Source: Callorhinchus milii
Lineage: Eukaryota
Direction of reading: 5' to 3'
Assembly: GCF_018977255.1 (NCBI RefSeq)
Contig: NW_024704743.1
Span: 56,856,001-56,920,000, forward strand
Length of the DNA: 64,000 nucleotides
Both the position numbers and the translations under genes were made by a program. Positions 35,221 through 48,719 of this stretch are shown here, in pieces; position 1 is the stretch's first letter, and each line of letters starts with the position of its first letter. Under the pieces are notes generated by a model. The model did not search any database and was not told the origin of the DNA. It worked only from the letters and a program-made list of their open reading frames with translations.

Positions 35221-35660
35221 ACAACAATAACTTGCACTTATATAGCGCTCTCCATGCAGGGTAGCATCTCAGAGCGCTTAACCGTGGCGGAGCCTGACTC
35301 CGAGCCAGAGGGAGGGGGAGGTGGCTGTAAGCACGGTCAAAGAGGAGAGTTTTCAGGTGAGACTTGAATGACGGGAGAGAGGGGGCAAGATGGAGGGATT
35401 GAGGGAAAGTGTTTTTGAGGAGTAGTGGCTGAAAGCACGACCTCTGATGGTACGGCGGAGGGTGCGAGGGACGAACAGGAGGCCGGTGCCAGTCGAGCAG
35501 AGGCGCCGGGTGATGGACTGGGGAGTGAGGAGGTCGGAGAGGTAGGGATGTGACAGGGAGTGAATGGATTTGAACACAAGAGTGAGAATCTTGAAGTTGA
35601 ACCAACATCTCAGCAAGAGAGAGGCCAGATTGGAACAGAGAGGCAATTGCCAGGAGAAAA
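35221..35660 (-). mobile_element. Older L2 3' fragment
   Basis: Minus ORFs FKILTLVFKSIH and FKSHLKTLLFDRAY; ACAACAATAACTTGCAC tail. Confidence 0.85.
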
Positions 35661-37711
35661 TTAGAAAATAATGAACACACTAATATATATAAAAAAGAGA
35701 AATGTGTTGATTAAAGGATTTATAATGAAAGTATGAAACCACACTTTGGAGTTATACTGTTGATCTATTGTCAGACTCCGCCCTGTGAAGCCTTACTCAT
35801 AAGCAGGCTCTCCAGGACATGACCCCACGCGAAGGGCACTATATAAATGCAAGTTGTTGTTATGGCTAGAAAGTACAGTCTTTGATTAAAACTTCTGAGG
35901 ATAATAATAATAATAATCCTTGTATTTGATATAGAACCTTATCACGTCTTTGAGACAACGCAAAGGGTTTCACAGAAGATATTGTAAAGTGAATTGATGG
36001 TATATTTTGCAAAGGTTGTATATTATTGCAAGAATGCAAAGTAGCTTGGTGATGAGGCAATAGGGTATGAATTTCAACTTCATACTCTAATAGTCATAGG
36101 TATTTGTCCACGCATGGGTCATTGCTATCCATCTGCTCTGCCTGTGTAGGATTAGTTACAGTACTTCTCGGCAGGCCACTGACTCGGCATCCCGCCCAGG
36201 AAGCAAATGCTGTTAATACGCCTTACTCATAAGCAGGCATTCCATTCCTCTCTTCTGCATTGCTGGGATTCACAGAGTGTTTGTCCCATGTGTAATAGTC
36301 AGATTCAGCACTTCTTCGCAACAAGTTTGGACAGATGGAAGTTTGCAAATAGATGAATTTAACATCGTATTTAAAGGATATTTTGTTTAATTCAAATTTT
36401 GCATTCCCGGTGGAGGACCTCGCATTGCAGTATGGCTCAGTACCCACTGAGTTTTAAATTGCAAATCATTTCATCTAACATAGTGCTCGCCACTATATTG
36501 TTCTCATTTTAATCTTAGAATGGAAAATGGGAATCTTTGTCCCCACCAATACCTGTTCCATTCTACTTTTCCAAATGTTAATAGGATGTCAGCAAAATCA
36601 CTAACAACTGGGGAAATCATCTCCTTGGGGGCAAAAAGGCATCCACGTTCATAAGTTTTCATTACCAAAAAAAGCAAAAACTAGGTAATTGACCTTAAGA
36701 AGGTCCCATTGTGCAGATAATAGAGCTGATCAAATTCTCTGCAGTAGATAATAGTTCTTCTCATGTTACAATAAGCCTGGGGCAACTGAGATATTACAGT
36801 ATTAATTTTTACCATTAGATTTATACAAGTCATATTTGGGTGATGGATGAAGACTGCGACTTTTCACCTAAAGCATAAGTGTATTTTTGTCAGCTAAACC
36901 AACTGGAGTGCTCAATTTGTACCTTTTTTAATGAGATTCCTTAATAAAGATCTTTCAAGTTATCAAGACTGAAGCTTTCCTGATTGGCCATCGTCAATGC
37001 CTTTTGACCTCAGATTGAACTGTTGTCTGCATTGAACTGCAAGATGCCCACTCCAGCTCATGAGGTCTGTAAAGAATTTTAGTCTCTTCTTTGACTCCAA
37101 TTATTGTTCAAACCTTCCATCTGGGATCTCAATTGCTCCAAAACATCACCTACTTATACCATTACCTCTCCCCCAGACCTCTATCCAGACTTTTAAGTGC
37201 TTTGAGACATCCTCCCAACCTTACATGCACTATAAATTTGTAACGTATTGCATTCATCACATCCAGGCTCGATCAATCCCCATTTCTTGCTCACCAGACT
37301 CTCCCAACACAAGATGCAGACCATCCAGAACTCAGTAGCCCTCTATTGCACAAGGCAATGAATGCTCATCACCCCCATCTTCTCTCGACTCCATTCCTCA
37401 GCAGATTGAATTCAAGACAATTGTTCTCACTTTTCCCCCTTTCCTCTACCTTTAAAACTAGCTATCTCTTAATATCTATCTCTAGGTGCTTTCGTCTACC
37501 TTTCCCTCCTTTTGTTGTTAATAGTAATGCAATTTTTCTCAACCTATGCAATTTTAACTCCACCAATAGTTTACATTTGGAGCATGAAGAATGTATTTTG
37601 TGTTGACGTACTTCCAGTTACCAAACAGATTCCTTATTCACACAGCTGACATTCCTTATTAAGGAATCCATTATGAATACAGCAAATTAATTAAATAAAT
37701 AAACCCTGTGC

Positions 37712-38162
37712 TTAATAATATGTCTTATCATAATGAAAAACCTCAGAGCACTTCACAGAGTTTTCCTGTAAGTGTATTTGTAGGCAAACACAGCAATCAA
37801 TTTTCATACAGCAATATTCCACAAACGGCCATAAAGTGAATGACCATTTTTTTTTCTGCTGGGGGTTGCCGGCCACGACACTTGTCTGTTTAAATCGTGC
37901 CATAGGATCTATAACGTCCACTTGAAGTGGCAGATGGAATCTCCAACAATGAAGCATACGCCAGCAACAACAACAACTTGGATTTATATAGCGCCCTCCA
38001 CGCCAGACAGCATCTCAGAACACTTCACAGTAACGGATCCCAGGGCATTTCAGCAACGCTGAAATGTCAGCCAAGAATTATGAGCACAAAGTCTCGCCAT
38101 GAGACTTGAGCCCATAACCTTACTCAGAAGCAAGAGTGCTAGCAACTGAGCAAGGCTGACAC
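37712..38162 (-). mobile_element. Family B SINE with an internal L2 tail (~37965-38030)
   Basis: Deu motifs and head GCAAGAGTGCTAGCAACTGAGCAAGGCTGACA. Confidence 0.75.
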
Positions 38163-39269
38163 CTAGATCCTTATATTGCAACTCAATCCAGTCTTTCGAA
38201 ACAGTTAAGTTTAGTTTGTAGTAAATACAAAAAGCATTTTCTTAATACGTTCATAACACTTTTAAGTTTTCAGCATCAAAGTTTCCTCTCAGAATTTTCA
38301 ACCAATTTTGTACCTGTAGTTTGACTATTTCAACCCTTTTTAAATATTTGATATTATGTGTATTTATTTAAATAACACCCCTTATTACTGTACTCATTGA
38401 ACAACTTTGTACACACTAAAATTAATCATTGGCATTCTCTAGAGATTATTAAACCAGATTTTGCCTCATTTACAGTTTGATAGTGCAAGCATTAGCAAGT
38501 AAAATTCCACATCTCATGTTACTATTTCTAAAGGCATTTTGGCTGATTCCTCACTTTCTTCATCCCACTATTATGGATAAGTACCTGAGGCTCTGGGTGA
38601 TGCATAACAGCCATACCACAAACTTCATTGCGATCACACCCAACATGAAAGGCTTCATGTGGCCTGCAGTTCATCACCAGAGGAAATTTATCACAGATTC
38701 AGCCCATTTCACAGGGGGAAGAAGGTATGCTTCATGACTGAAATGGAAAGAGCATTTTATCTTTGTCATCCAGAGTAATTCGTTTTTGGTTCAAATGAAT
38801 TTCACTGGGTTAAACTGAGCTTTTTTAGACCAGATTGTTTTAAGCTGTTCTCTATAACATGTATCAAGCTAGTGTTTGGGACCTACTCTGATCTTCAGAG
38901 ACAAAATTCACTTCCCCAGCTTTCGAAATGCAACAATATATTGTTGAACAACAACAACTTGCATTTATATAGTGTCCTTCATGCAGAGTAGTGTCTCAGA
39001 GCCCAAACAGTTGTGGAATAATTTAATATTGAAATATGTAACCAGAATCAAATTGACATTGAGCTGACCTTCATTAGAGAGCAACCTGGTGTCATTTATA
39101 GATGAGAAATAAGTTGAGATTTGAGAGAGATGGATAAATGGAGATGGAATGGACAGACAGATATACCCATCCAGCACTGGGAAACATCTTGAGCCATCCT
39201 CTTGATATGAAAGGTGCTATATACCGTAAATGTTAATTGTATTGTGTATTTGGCACAGTAGGTTGATAT

Positions 39270-39520
39270 TAATAATAATAATCCTTGCATTTGATATAGT
39301 GCTTTTCACGTATTCTAGACATCTCAAAGCATTTCACAGAATATGCTGTAAAGTGAATTGACCGTATATTTGTGGGCGAAAAGTGGCTGGCAATTGCGCA
39401 CAGCAGTGTCTCACAAACAATCATGGATTGAAAATGACCAATTTATTATTGTTTTGTTTTGGAGGGATTATTATTAGGCATGTGGAGTAAGGAAGCTTGC
39501 CCAAGGTTTCACCCTGCCTG
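39270..39520 (-). mobile_element. Family A SINE without head
   Basis: Collinear with 59219-59533. Confidence 0.85.
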
Positions 39521-39806
39521 ATGGAGAGGTAAGTTTAGGGGAGGTTATAGCATGTGACACACGGAATGGTCTGTGGTGGAGCTGATTTGATGGGTCAAAT
39601 GGCCTTCGCTTGTTCCTACTTTCCTATGTTTACTGCAGATTGATAACTTTGTTAAAGATCACTAAGCTGCTAAGAGATTCTGATAAAGCTTGTAAACATT
39701 ATGCAATGTTTGGTGCTTGCTCCCCCCACACTGTCACTCTCTACTCTCACCTCATTCCCCTGTCCTTAGATCAAAAAAAGTGACAAAGAGTGTGTTTACA
39801 TGTGTC

Positions 39807-40172
39807 TGTGGAGTCCTGTAGCTCAGTGGTTAGAGCACTCACCTCGCAAGCGAGAGACCTGGGTTCTATTCCCGGCAGTGCAAAATGTTGGGCAAGTTTC
39901 CACACGCCTGTGTTTACCTAGCAGTAAGTAGGAACCTGGTTGTTAGTTGATTGGTGGATCGCTTTTCCGGGGGTAATAATCCCTCAAAAAAAATTTGATC
40001 ACTCAATCCATGACTGTTTGTGGGACACTGTTGTATGCAATTGGCTGCCATGTTTTGCCCACAAATATATAATCAATTCAGTTTACAATATATTCTGTGT
40101 AGCGCTTTGAGACATCTCGAAGACGTAAAAAGTGCTATATCAAAATGCAAGGATTGTTATTATTATTATTAT
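39807..40172 (+). mobile_element. Full-length family A SINE
   Basis: TGTGGAGTCCTGTAGCTCAGTGGTTAGAGC head, TTGGGCAAGTTTCC middle, Deu segment, (ATT)n tail. Confidence 0.92.
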
Positions 40173-42689
40173 GGCAAGTTCTGCATCAACCAGACTCATG
40201 ATATGAAATAACCTGTTTAATTCAACTTATTAGTAAAAAAACCTTGCATTTATTTAACAGCTTTCATGTCAGGAGGACATCTGTAAGTGCTTCCCAGGTT
40301 TTATTATAAATTGTAGTGATTGTATTTTGTTGGTGAGCTTTATTCACTAATACCCATGTTGGGGTTAATTTAGCGTTACATTTGATATTTAGTGCATCAA
40401 AACATATCCAGATGTGTATGTTGCAGACCGACCCACCCCAATAGTATTCTCAATGATGTCTGTGAAACCACATCTGCTACATTGGACTGGTGGATTATTC
40501 CCTTCAACTATTGGTAAGAGATATCAGTTTTTACAAAACCAAACCAAAATAATTTGGTATCCAAACAGAGGTCGAAGCCTCAAAGGCTTTAATCTATAAG
40601 TTGAAAATCAAATGCCTGGGTCAGGCTCTGTGGTCTTTCATCATTGAGAACGGGTTGTGAGGGTAGAATTCCTCGACATGCACATCTGGATATGTTCTGT
40701 ATGCTAAATATCAAATGTAATGTTAAATCGTCCACATTGTGTTCAGTTCAATTTAAACCATCAAGGGGTTTGGTTTGCGCATTCCCTTGCGGAAAAAAAC
40801 AGTGCCACTTCATAACTGTGTCATGGTTCTCCGAGTCTCGCAATTAGTTTCACACCACTGAAGAACAGATGTTTGCCTGTTGCTTGAACGTTACTATAGT
40901 ATAAAACTTGATGACCGTGAATATTTTCTGGTGATCTGGAGCAGGTGGCTGATTGCCTGGCTAGTGAAGAAAGGAAGATATTTGTTTGTGATTGAGCTCA
41001 GTGGTCATCAATGTGGTCCAGGGGACAGAGATTCTGCATTTCCCAGCAACAAAAGCAATCTGCAGAATATATTTTTTATTTCCTCATGGACTGGAATGGA
41101 TCGGAAGTCTGCTCAGGGGACTTGATGCAGTTTGTATAAAATGTTTCTTCAGCAGCAGTTGAGAACATTAAACAGCAGGCAGACATTTTCAAGGCCATTA
41201 TTTTTTTTCAAGAACAAACATAGCCAAAAATTATTTGTAAGTGAATTTGGGGGGATTTAAGAAGCAAATTAATGGTTGCAAATTGTACCTGAATAGTGGT
41301 AGTGTGATCTTGTACCCATCAAATATATAAGTGATAGAGAAACAGCAAATTGGAGAATATTCCATATTTTCCCTGGGACGGTGCAGATAGATTACAAAGT
41401 AGCTGTTCATTATATAAATTAACTTTATAAAGTGATTAATTTGAGAAAATCAGTGTACTAATAAATAGGGCTCGTCAAAGATCACAAAATTCCTTCCATC
41501 TCTTTAAATTCTCCAGCCTTTTTAAAATGTTTTATAATTTTATGGATTGGAATGCAATTTTAATGAGTAACCAAATCAAAGTTACATCTGATTTCTGCAA
41601 CAACACTGACAAAAGCATTAACTTCAATCACTTTGAAGCATTTGTCAGTAAAGGGACATGCAAGACATTTAAACATTGATGGTTTTACTTGGTAAATGTG
41701 AACCATCAAAAGGGATGTTGTCTCTCGACGTGTTTCAATTTAAACAAGGATCGAACTATAGTTTCACATTGATTTGGTGATGTATTCAATTGGCTGCTGC
41801 ATTTACCTACAAACCTGTCACTATATTTGACAGCAACCTCCTGTGAAGTGCTTTGAGATATTTCAATGTTATAGATGTTATAATTTTGATTTGGTGCTAA
41901 CAGTTTTGGGGAAAAGGATAAAATAACATTTTGTCCTGACTATTGTACTTGGCACAGGAGAGATACACTTTGACATAATGTACAGAATAGTGATTGGGAT
42001 GCATTCTGTAGGGATATGAAACAAGTCAGCACCATAGGAGGTGTTTGCTGCTGTCTCTTTCACGAGCATAGCTTGTGGCTATTTGATGCTCTGAATCTTC
42101 CTTTATCTCTGCATGAATGTCCAAAATGATTTGGTTAATTTATTCAACATCTAAAATACACTTGAGATTCAGAAAAATAGCCATAGTTAGATCGTCAGAA
42201 AGACTTACACCAACCACAAAGTGCTTCTCGAGCATTGTGAATCAGGTACTGATACTCTGAGACTTTATCCCATGTGAAAGTTACTGCATAAACATAAGTT
42301 ATTGTTATTGTAATGCATACTGTTCAGCATTGCTGTTTATATGTTAAAGTAATAAAGTACAGAGGTATGGGAAAAGGGCAGGTAAATGGAACAAATGGCT
42401 TACTCTTAAAAGCATATGGGCCGAATTGCCCTCTTCTGTGCTGTAAATTTTTAGCGTTCTATATGGCTATATATAATTAACAGCTATCGAATCCTCAGGA
42501 GCAGAGAATACAAGAGTTTATAACAGACTCAATGATTATTGATTTGTTATCAAATTCGTTGCATTTTTTTACCTCCCAGTCTCATTACATAATCAACAGA
42601 TGTCACTGCACTAAAAAGAGAATAATAATAATCCTTACATTTCATATAGCAGTTTATATACCATTCCACCTACTTATTTTATCCAATGT

Positions 42690-43065
42690 TCTCCCCTTGT
42701 CTCACCCTCCTGAAGGCTCTGATTGCTAATGCAGGACAGCACCTTGGACATTGATTGCTATCTGCATCCCCGCTTAAGTGTCCTTTTTTAGTGTCTAAGT
42801 TTAGACAATGGTGTCAGCAGACTATTCAACCGTGAAGGCATTACAGTCGAGTTCAATCCTGTTGTCACTTGACATTCATTTTCCATCAGAGGTCATTGAG
42901 CAGCAATCAAAGCAGGAGCCCTACCATTCATCTTACCCTTCCCTACCTAGCCTACAGGTGCTGGGGTCAATTGTAGTGCCTCAACTGATACCTTGGCTGA
43001 GATCAGTTACCTTAACACAACCTGAGCCGACACCTGCAGATCTTTCTGGTCTACACTGCTCAGGG
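42690..43065 (-). mobile_element. Old AmnSINE2-like SINE, near full length
   Basis: CTATTCAACCGTGA, CAATTGTAGTGCC and GGCTGAGATCAG motifs recur in degraded form at 46380-46580, 52280-52535, 54772-55035 and 63895-64000. Confidence 0.55.
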
Positions 43066-44865
43066 CTACGGCAGGGAATTTCCTTGTCCTCTAAACTATC
43101 ACACAAGGCAACAGTCCATTTTTTTAAAAAAAGATACAAAGTTTGAAAAATAGTCTTTGGACAATGAAGTAAAACCTAGACATGATGGTATCCCTTCACC
43201 GAGCATGGCAATTATGGGATTGAAGATGCAGTAATATGTATGTGGATCAAATACAGAGTGACTCCAATGTGAAAACAGCAACTCCTGCCGGTAACCAGAA
43301 GAGCATCGCAATGACCCCTTCAAACCTGAAGCTAACTTGATGTGAAAAAGGACGATTGTTCTCTTCAAACATTTGGCTTTCTTCTGTAGCTGTGGTATAT
43401 CCTGTTAATATGGCAGATCACACTGAGCCTTTGGTTCTTTTTCCATGCCTACCACCTCACATTTCTTTCAGCAATATGTCCTGGCGTAGTAAAAACACAC
43501 GCCTGAAACTCCACACTCTCCCACAGTATGGTTTGAGCCATCCCATTGAGGCTGCTGCCACAGCTTCCTTTCTCTTCATGATTATTCTTTGTGTTTCTGT
43601 TTTTCACCCTGTTTTTCCCTTCCAAATCAGTCTTAATATACCCGAGACATGATCCCAATGACCTTGTTGTGGTCACTGACGATTATGTTGTGGGCAGCTC
43701 TGAAGCTTTATTCTGATTGTCTGCTTTTCTGACATTCAATCCCAACCCTTCCAGACTTTCATTCACACAACAAAAATGATCGGTCTTAACATTCCTGCGT
43801 AAACTAAATGCACTAGTATTTCAACCCTGTAATTTGTGGTTTGCATTTTGTGGCGAAACATTATGGAAAGAATCCCATGGGAAAATATTGTGCACAGGAC
43901 ACTTCTGATGTAAAACATCCAATAAAAATAAAATAACAAAGCTGTAAAAGAAATTATTTGTCAACATGTGACAAGATATGTAATTCCAGGAAAGACATTT
44001 TAAAGGCAAACACTACTGCCAATGGTTTGATAGTGAATGTCAACACAGAGGGTGAAATATTAATCTGCAAAGATTATCACTTACAGCAGATTCTAGTGAC
44101 TTAGGTGATAAATACTCTTTTACTCTAACACTTATTTTCATGTTATTATGGATATACATTGCTAATAACAGAAGACATACTGGTGCCCTGTATACAGTCT
44201 GTCACCTTCTGTGTATTATTAATTGCTTAATATTATTCATTTGCAGAGGACATCTACCATTTTAGTTGTATTTTTATTCATTTAAATTATGCAATGCTGC
44301 ACTTGCGAGCAATCTGGCCTAATTCATATGTTGGTCTCGTTTAGTTGGTAGCGCAGCCCACAACCTCTGAGTCAAAGGATTGTGGGTTTAATCCCCAATA
44401 TTGGAACTTTGAGCTCACACTCTAGGTTGATGTCTCAGTGCTACAGTCACGACCCCCCTTCCCTCTGCTCGATGTCGTACTCCACCACTGTCAACAGCTC
44501 TGGGATGCCACCCAACATTATATAAGTACAAATTGTTGTTGTTCAGAGGTGACTGTATTGTCAGTGGTAATGTCCTTCGCATGAGACATTAAACTAAGGT
44601 CCCTTCTGCCTGTTCAGGCAGAAATTGAAGATCCCGTCACATCCATGACTGGCTACCATGTTAGGTCCACAAAACACAAAGTCAATCTGCTTTACAATAT
44701 ATTCTGTGGAGCGCTCTGAGACATCTCAACGTTGTAATAAGGTGTTATATTAAATGCAAGTCTTATTATTATTTCAAAAGAGAATGGACTTTCTCCTGAT
44801 GTCCTGGCCAACAATCCTTCAAATAAGATTGGTTATTTATTTTGGGGCTGATTGTGGGAACATTG

Positions 44866-45296
44866 TGTGTCAGTCTGGCTCAGTCCTAGCACTCTCGCCT
44901 CTGAGTCAGAAGGTTCTTGGTTCAAGTCCCATGTCAGGACTAGGAATCATATAGTTCTAAGCTGAGACTCCAGTGCAGTGCTTGTGGTGGGTTCCATTGT
45001 CGGAGGCGCCATCCTTTGGATGAGACATTAAATCAAGGTCCCATCTGCCTGTTCAGGTGGATGTTAAAGATCCCATGGCTCTATTCAAAAAGAATTACTC
45101 CCAGTGTCCTGGCCAACAATCTCCCAAAAAAATTGGTCACTCAATCCCCGGCTGTTTGTGGGTCATTGCCGGGCAGAACTATCTGTCGCGTTTCGTCCGC
45201 AGTCATTGCACTTTACAATATATCCTGTGAAGCACTTTGAGACATCTCAATGACATGATGAGGTGCTATATCAAATTCAAAGATTATTATTATTAT
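44866..45296 (+). mobile_element. Full-length family B SINE nested in an older family B copy (~44330-45390)
   Basis: Complete head, Deu body and tail; the host reads GTGGGAACATTG before it and CTGTGCAAATTGACTG after it. Confidence 0.85.
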
Positions 45297-45601
45297 CCTG
45301 TGCAAATTGACTGTAGGTTTTCCTGTGGAGTGCTTTGAACCATTTTGACAATGTGATAAGGCGTTATACCAACTGCAAGGATTATTAGTATTTACATAAA
45401 CTACGGTGATACTTCATCTTTACTCTATCCAGGCATCCTTTATCAACCAAAAGTCCTGCTCAACTACTTTTTCATTGATTTGCAATAAACTTACCAGGCC
45501 AGTCTCTCCGAATGAGAAACTGTTAAGTCTGCACATTTAAACTAAAAGCATCATGATTAGCATTGAACTCTGCGAAAGACAGACATAATGGTGTCACAGA
45601 T

Positions 45602-45818
45602 AAAAAGAAACGATGGGAATGCTGGAAATCTGAACCCACACCAGAAATTGATGGAAATGCACAGCTAGCTGATCAGCATCTGAATAAGGATAGATTAATA
45701 TTTCCAATGCAAGCCTTTAGCGTGCTGCGGTGAAATACATATGAAGAGTTATATCTGAAATGTAAATCTACTTTTCCCTCTCAGAAAGGCTGAGCATTTG
45801 TAGATTTTATTTCAGAAT
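45602..45818. mobile_element. Highly degenerate Penelope-like palindrome
   Basis: ATGCTGGAAATCTGAA...CAGCATCT arm followed by a decayed opposite arm ending TTTATTTCAGA. Confidence 0.5.
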
Positions 45819-46119
45819 GCTGTCACTCTGCTCTTCCCATTACCCAACTCCAGCACACTGACTCTGTTTGAAATGAGCAGAGAGTTTACTTGCTGTAAAA
45901 AAGCTAGAATACAGGGTACATTTCTTTGTGTCAAAATGCAGTTTCCTTTCTGAAAATAAATTGGTTCGTGCTTTACGTGTAGAAACGTTGCCAGGCATAT
46001 TGTACTTGAATTTAATGCTGTTTAATGATATAGGATCCTCGTGGCATTATCTTAAACCAGAAACAATGTTTTCCAGTGGGAGCATTAATTATGGATTCTG
46101 TAGGTATGGCTTATAATCA

Positions 46120-46330
46120 TGGTGAGTTCTATAGCTTAGTGGTTAGAGCACTGGCCTCACACGTGAGAGGACCTGGGTTTGATTCCCGGCACGGTGAAAC
46201 AATGGGCAAGTTTCATTACTCCACATGCCTCTGTTTACCCAGGAGTAAGTAGGAGCCCGGTTGTCAGTCAATTGGCGGATCGCTTTTCCGGGGGTAATAA
46301 TTCCTTCCAAAAAAAATTAATAATTTGGTC
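46120..46330 (+). mobile_element. Family A SINE, 5' half
   Basis: Boxes A and B, then GGGCAAGTTTCATTACTCCACATGCCTCTGTTTACC. Confidence 0.85.
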
Positions 46331-47204
46331 GCACGTAACAATGATGGTAGCATCTAAAACTGGCAAAAAATGCTCAGAGGCTGATCTGTCCTTGTCTGAC
46401 ATCTACGTGCATGCAACTTCAGAAGCTTTCTCCTCCCTCAACTGGGGCTTGAGCTCAACTACAATGCAATTATCGACATCCTGGCTGAATTTACCTAACA
46501 CAGCACAAAAAGGAAATTGAACCTGGGATCTCCCTGGGATCTGTATGGGTCACCTACATACAGGATAAACACACTGAGCAATGACCAATAAAGCACATTT
46601 GAAATTAGAAGTGAGGATTAGTCACACCAGCAGAGAGGGAAGAGTTAGGTGAAGGACACAGCTAAAATTCTTTATTTGTGCTTTGAGTGAGTACAACCAG
46701 GGATTTTTTACAATGTAATCAGAGTCTTCCTATTGTTTCAAAACTTATCTAATGTTATTTTGCATCTCAGCAGCATGAGTGTAGTATATGTGGGATGTTT
46801 ATAATAATCCAGTAAATAATCATAATCTTCCTATTGTTTCAGTGATCTAATAGTATTTTACAGATCAACAGCAGAACGCAATGTTCCAGAATTCATTTAA
46901 AGATATGGTCAAGGCTGTATCAGCAACTCCACATGCAGAAAGCTTACTTATGAGAATAACTTCCACACATTCTTTCACTCGTGTGAACGATTGGTATTGT
47001 TCACTGGTAAAGGCAATTCTTGGAAGCTGTGATGTTTGATGCACTGCACTTAAGCCTTTGCTTTAGTACATTGTGCCAGTATAACAGTGGAGGCATTCCT
47101 AAATTTCCATTGTAATAATAATCCTTGCATTAGATATAATGCCTTATCAAGTCAAAACATTTCAAACCACATCAGAGTTTTATGTAAAATGTAGTGACGG
47201 TGTA

Positions 47205-47883
47205 TGTGCGGAACCTCAGTGGCGATTTTGACTCTCAACTGTCCTTTAAACGTTAAATTCTTGCTCTGACCTGCTCAGTTTTCCGCCACCTCCATAACAT
47301 TGCTTGCCTCCAACACTCTCTCGGACCGCAAGACCCTAATCGTGTGCAGGCTAGATTATGCCAACTCTCTGCTCATTGGTCTACCTGCCTCTTCCCTTCA
47401 CAAACTGCAAACTATCCAGAACTGCAGCTGATGTCCTCTACTGCACTAGGTTTCACGAGTATCACCTCACCCTCTATTGGCTCCTCATCCCCCAGCGGAT
47501 TAAGTTCAAAATCGTCATCCTGACCTTTAAATCACTCTGTGGGTTTGCCACACTGCAACCTCCTCAAACCCTACAAATCTGCCCACTCTCTCCACTCAGT
47601 GGACACCAGCCTGCTTCATATCCCCTGTCCCACCGCCCCACCATCAGCAGTAGGGCTTTCAGTATATCGGCTCCCAATCTCTGGAACTCCACCCGAGTCC
47701 CTTCGACTTGCCCCTTCCCTCACCTCCTCTAAGTCCGCTTCAAGACCTTCCTCTTATAGCACACGTTTCCATCTTTCCAACCTCCCACACCCAGATCGGG
47801 TACAAACCTTAGGTCAGTCCAGCAACTTAGGCTGCACTACTAACATGAAATGCACTATGTAAATGAAATTTGTATTGTATGTG
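47205..47883 (+). mobile_element. Old L2 3' fragment
   Basis: YWLLIPQRIKFKI and RAFSISAPNLWNS; decayed tail. Confidence 0.85.
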
Positions 47884-48719
47884 TAGAACAGTGGATCTTT
47901 AACGTCGTCTGAACAGGCAAATGGGACCTTAGTTTAACTTTGAGGCATCAAGAGATTTTTTTAAATGAATTAAGTGTTCTGGCCTCAACCATCCTTCCTG
48001 TCATGTTACTCCATCTGTTCATTATCCAGTGCATAAAAAATAATTATTGGTGTCTATCCTAAATTTGTCCTTCACAACCCTGAACCTGCGACCTCTTATA
48101 TTTCTGCCGTGGCATAATTGAAATTGTTCCTTGGGGCAATTCTTCAATCATAGGTAAATCTACCAACCAGCAGAGAATCAGACACGACAGTCTAACAAGG
48201 TCACCAGAGAGTTTTCCTGCCCCATTACTCCCCACCAACCCCCACCACCTCCACCCACAACCAACATCCTCCTGTTCACTGCTTGAAAAGAAACTGTGAA
48301 GAGACATTTACTCTGGATTGCTTGAATCCACAAATACACAATCTAGAAATATATCTACAGATATAGTCGCTCACAAAAACTACAGTTGATTCACTTAACA
48401 ATATATTCTGGGAATCGATTTGAGACTTCTTGAAGATGTGATAAGGCACTTTATTAACTGCAACAATTTTTATTATTATTATTATAGTCACTGTGCTTGA
48501 CAGTAGAGATGTTTTGATGACTTTAATAAGGCTCTATATCAAATATTATTATTGTTATCAACATCAATCATTCTTCCTAACAAGCTACTACTCCATCTAT
48601 TCATTACCCTAGTATATCAAAAAAAATTATTGGTATCTGTCCTAAATTTCTCTTTACAACCTTGAACCTGTGACCTCTTCACACAAATGGAATTGAAAGA
48701 AAGTGTCAATTATCGCTTT

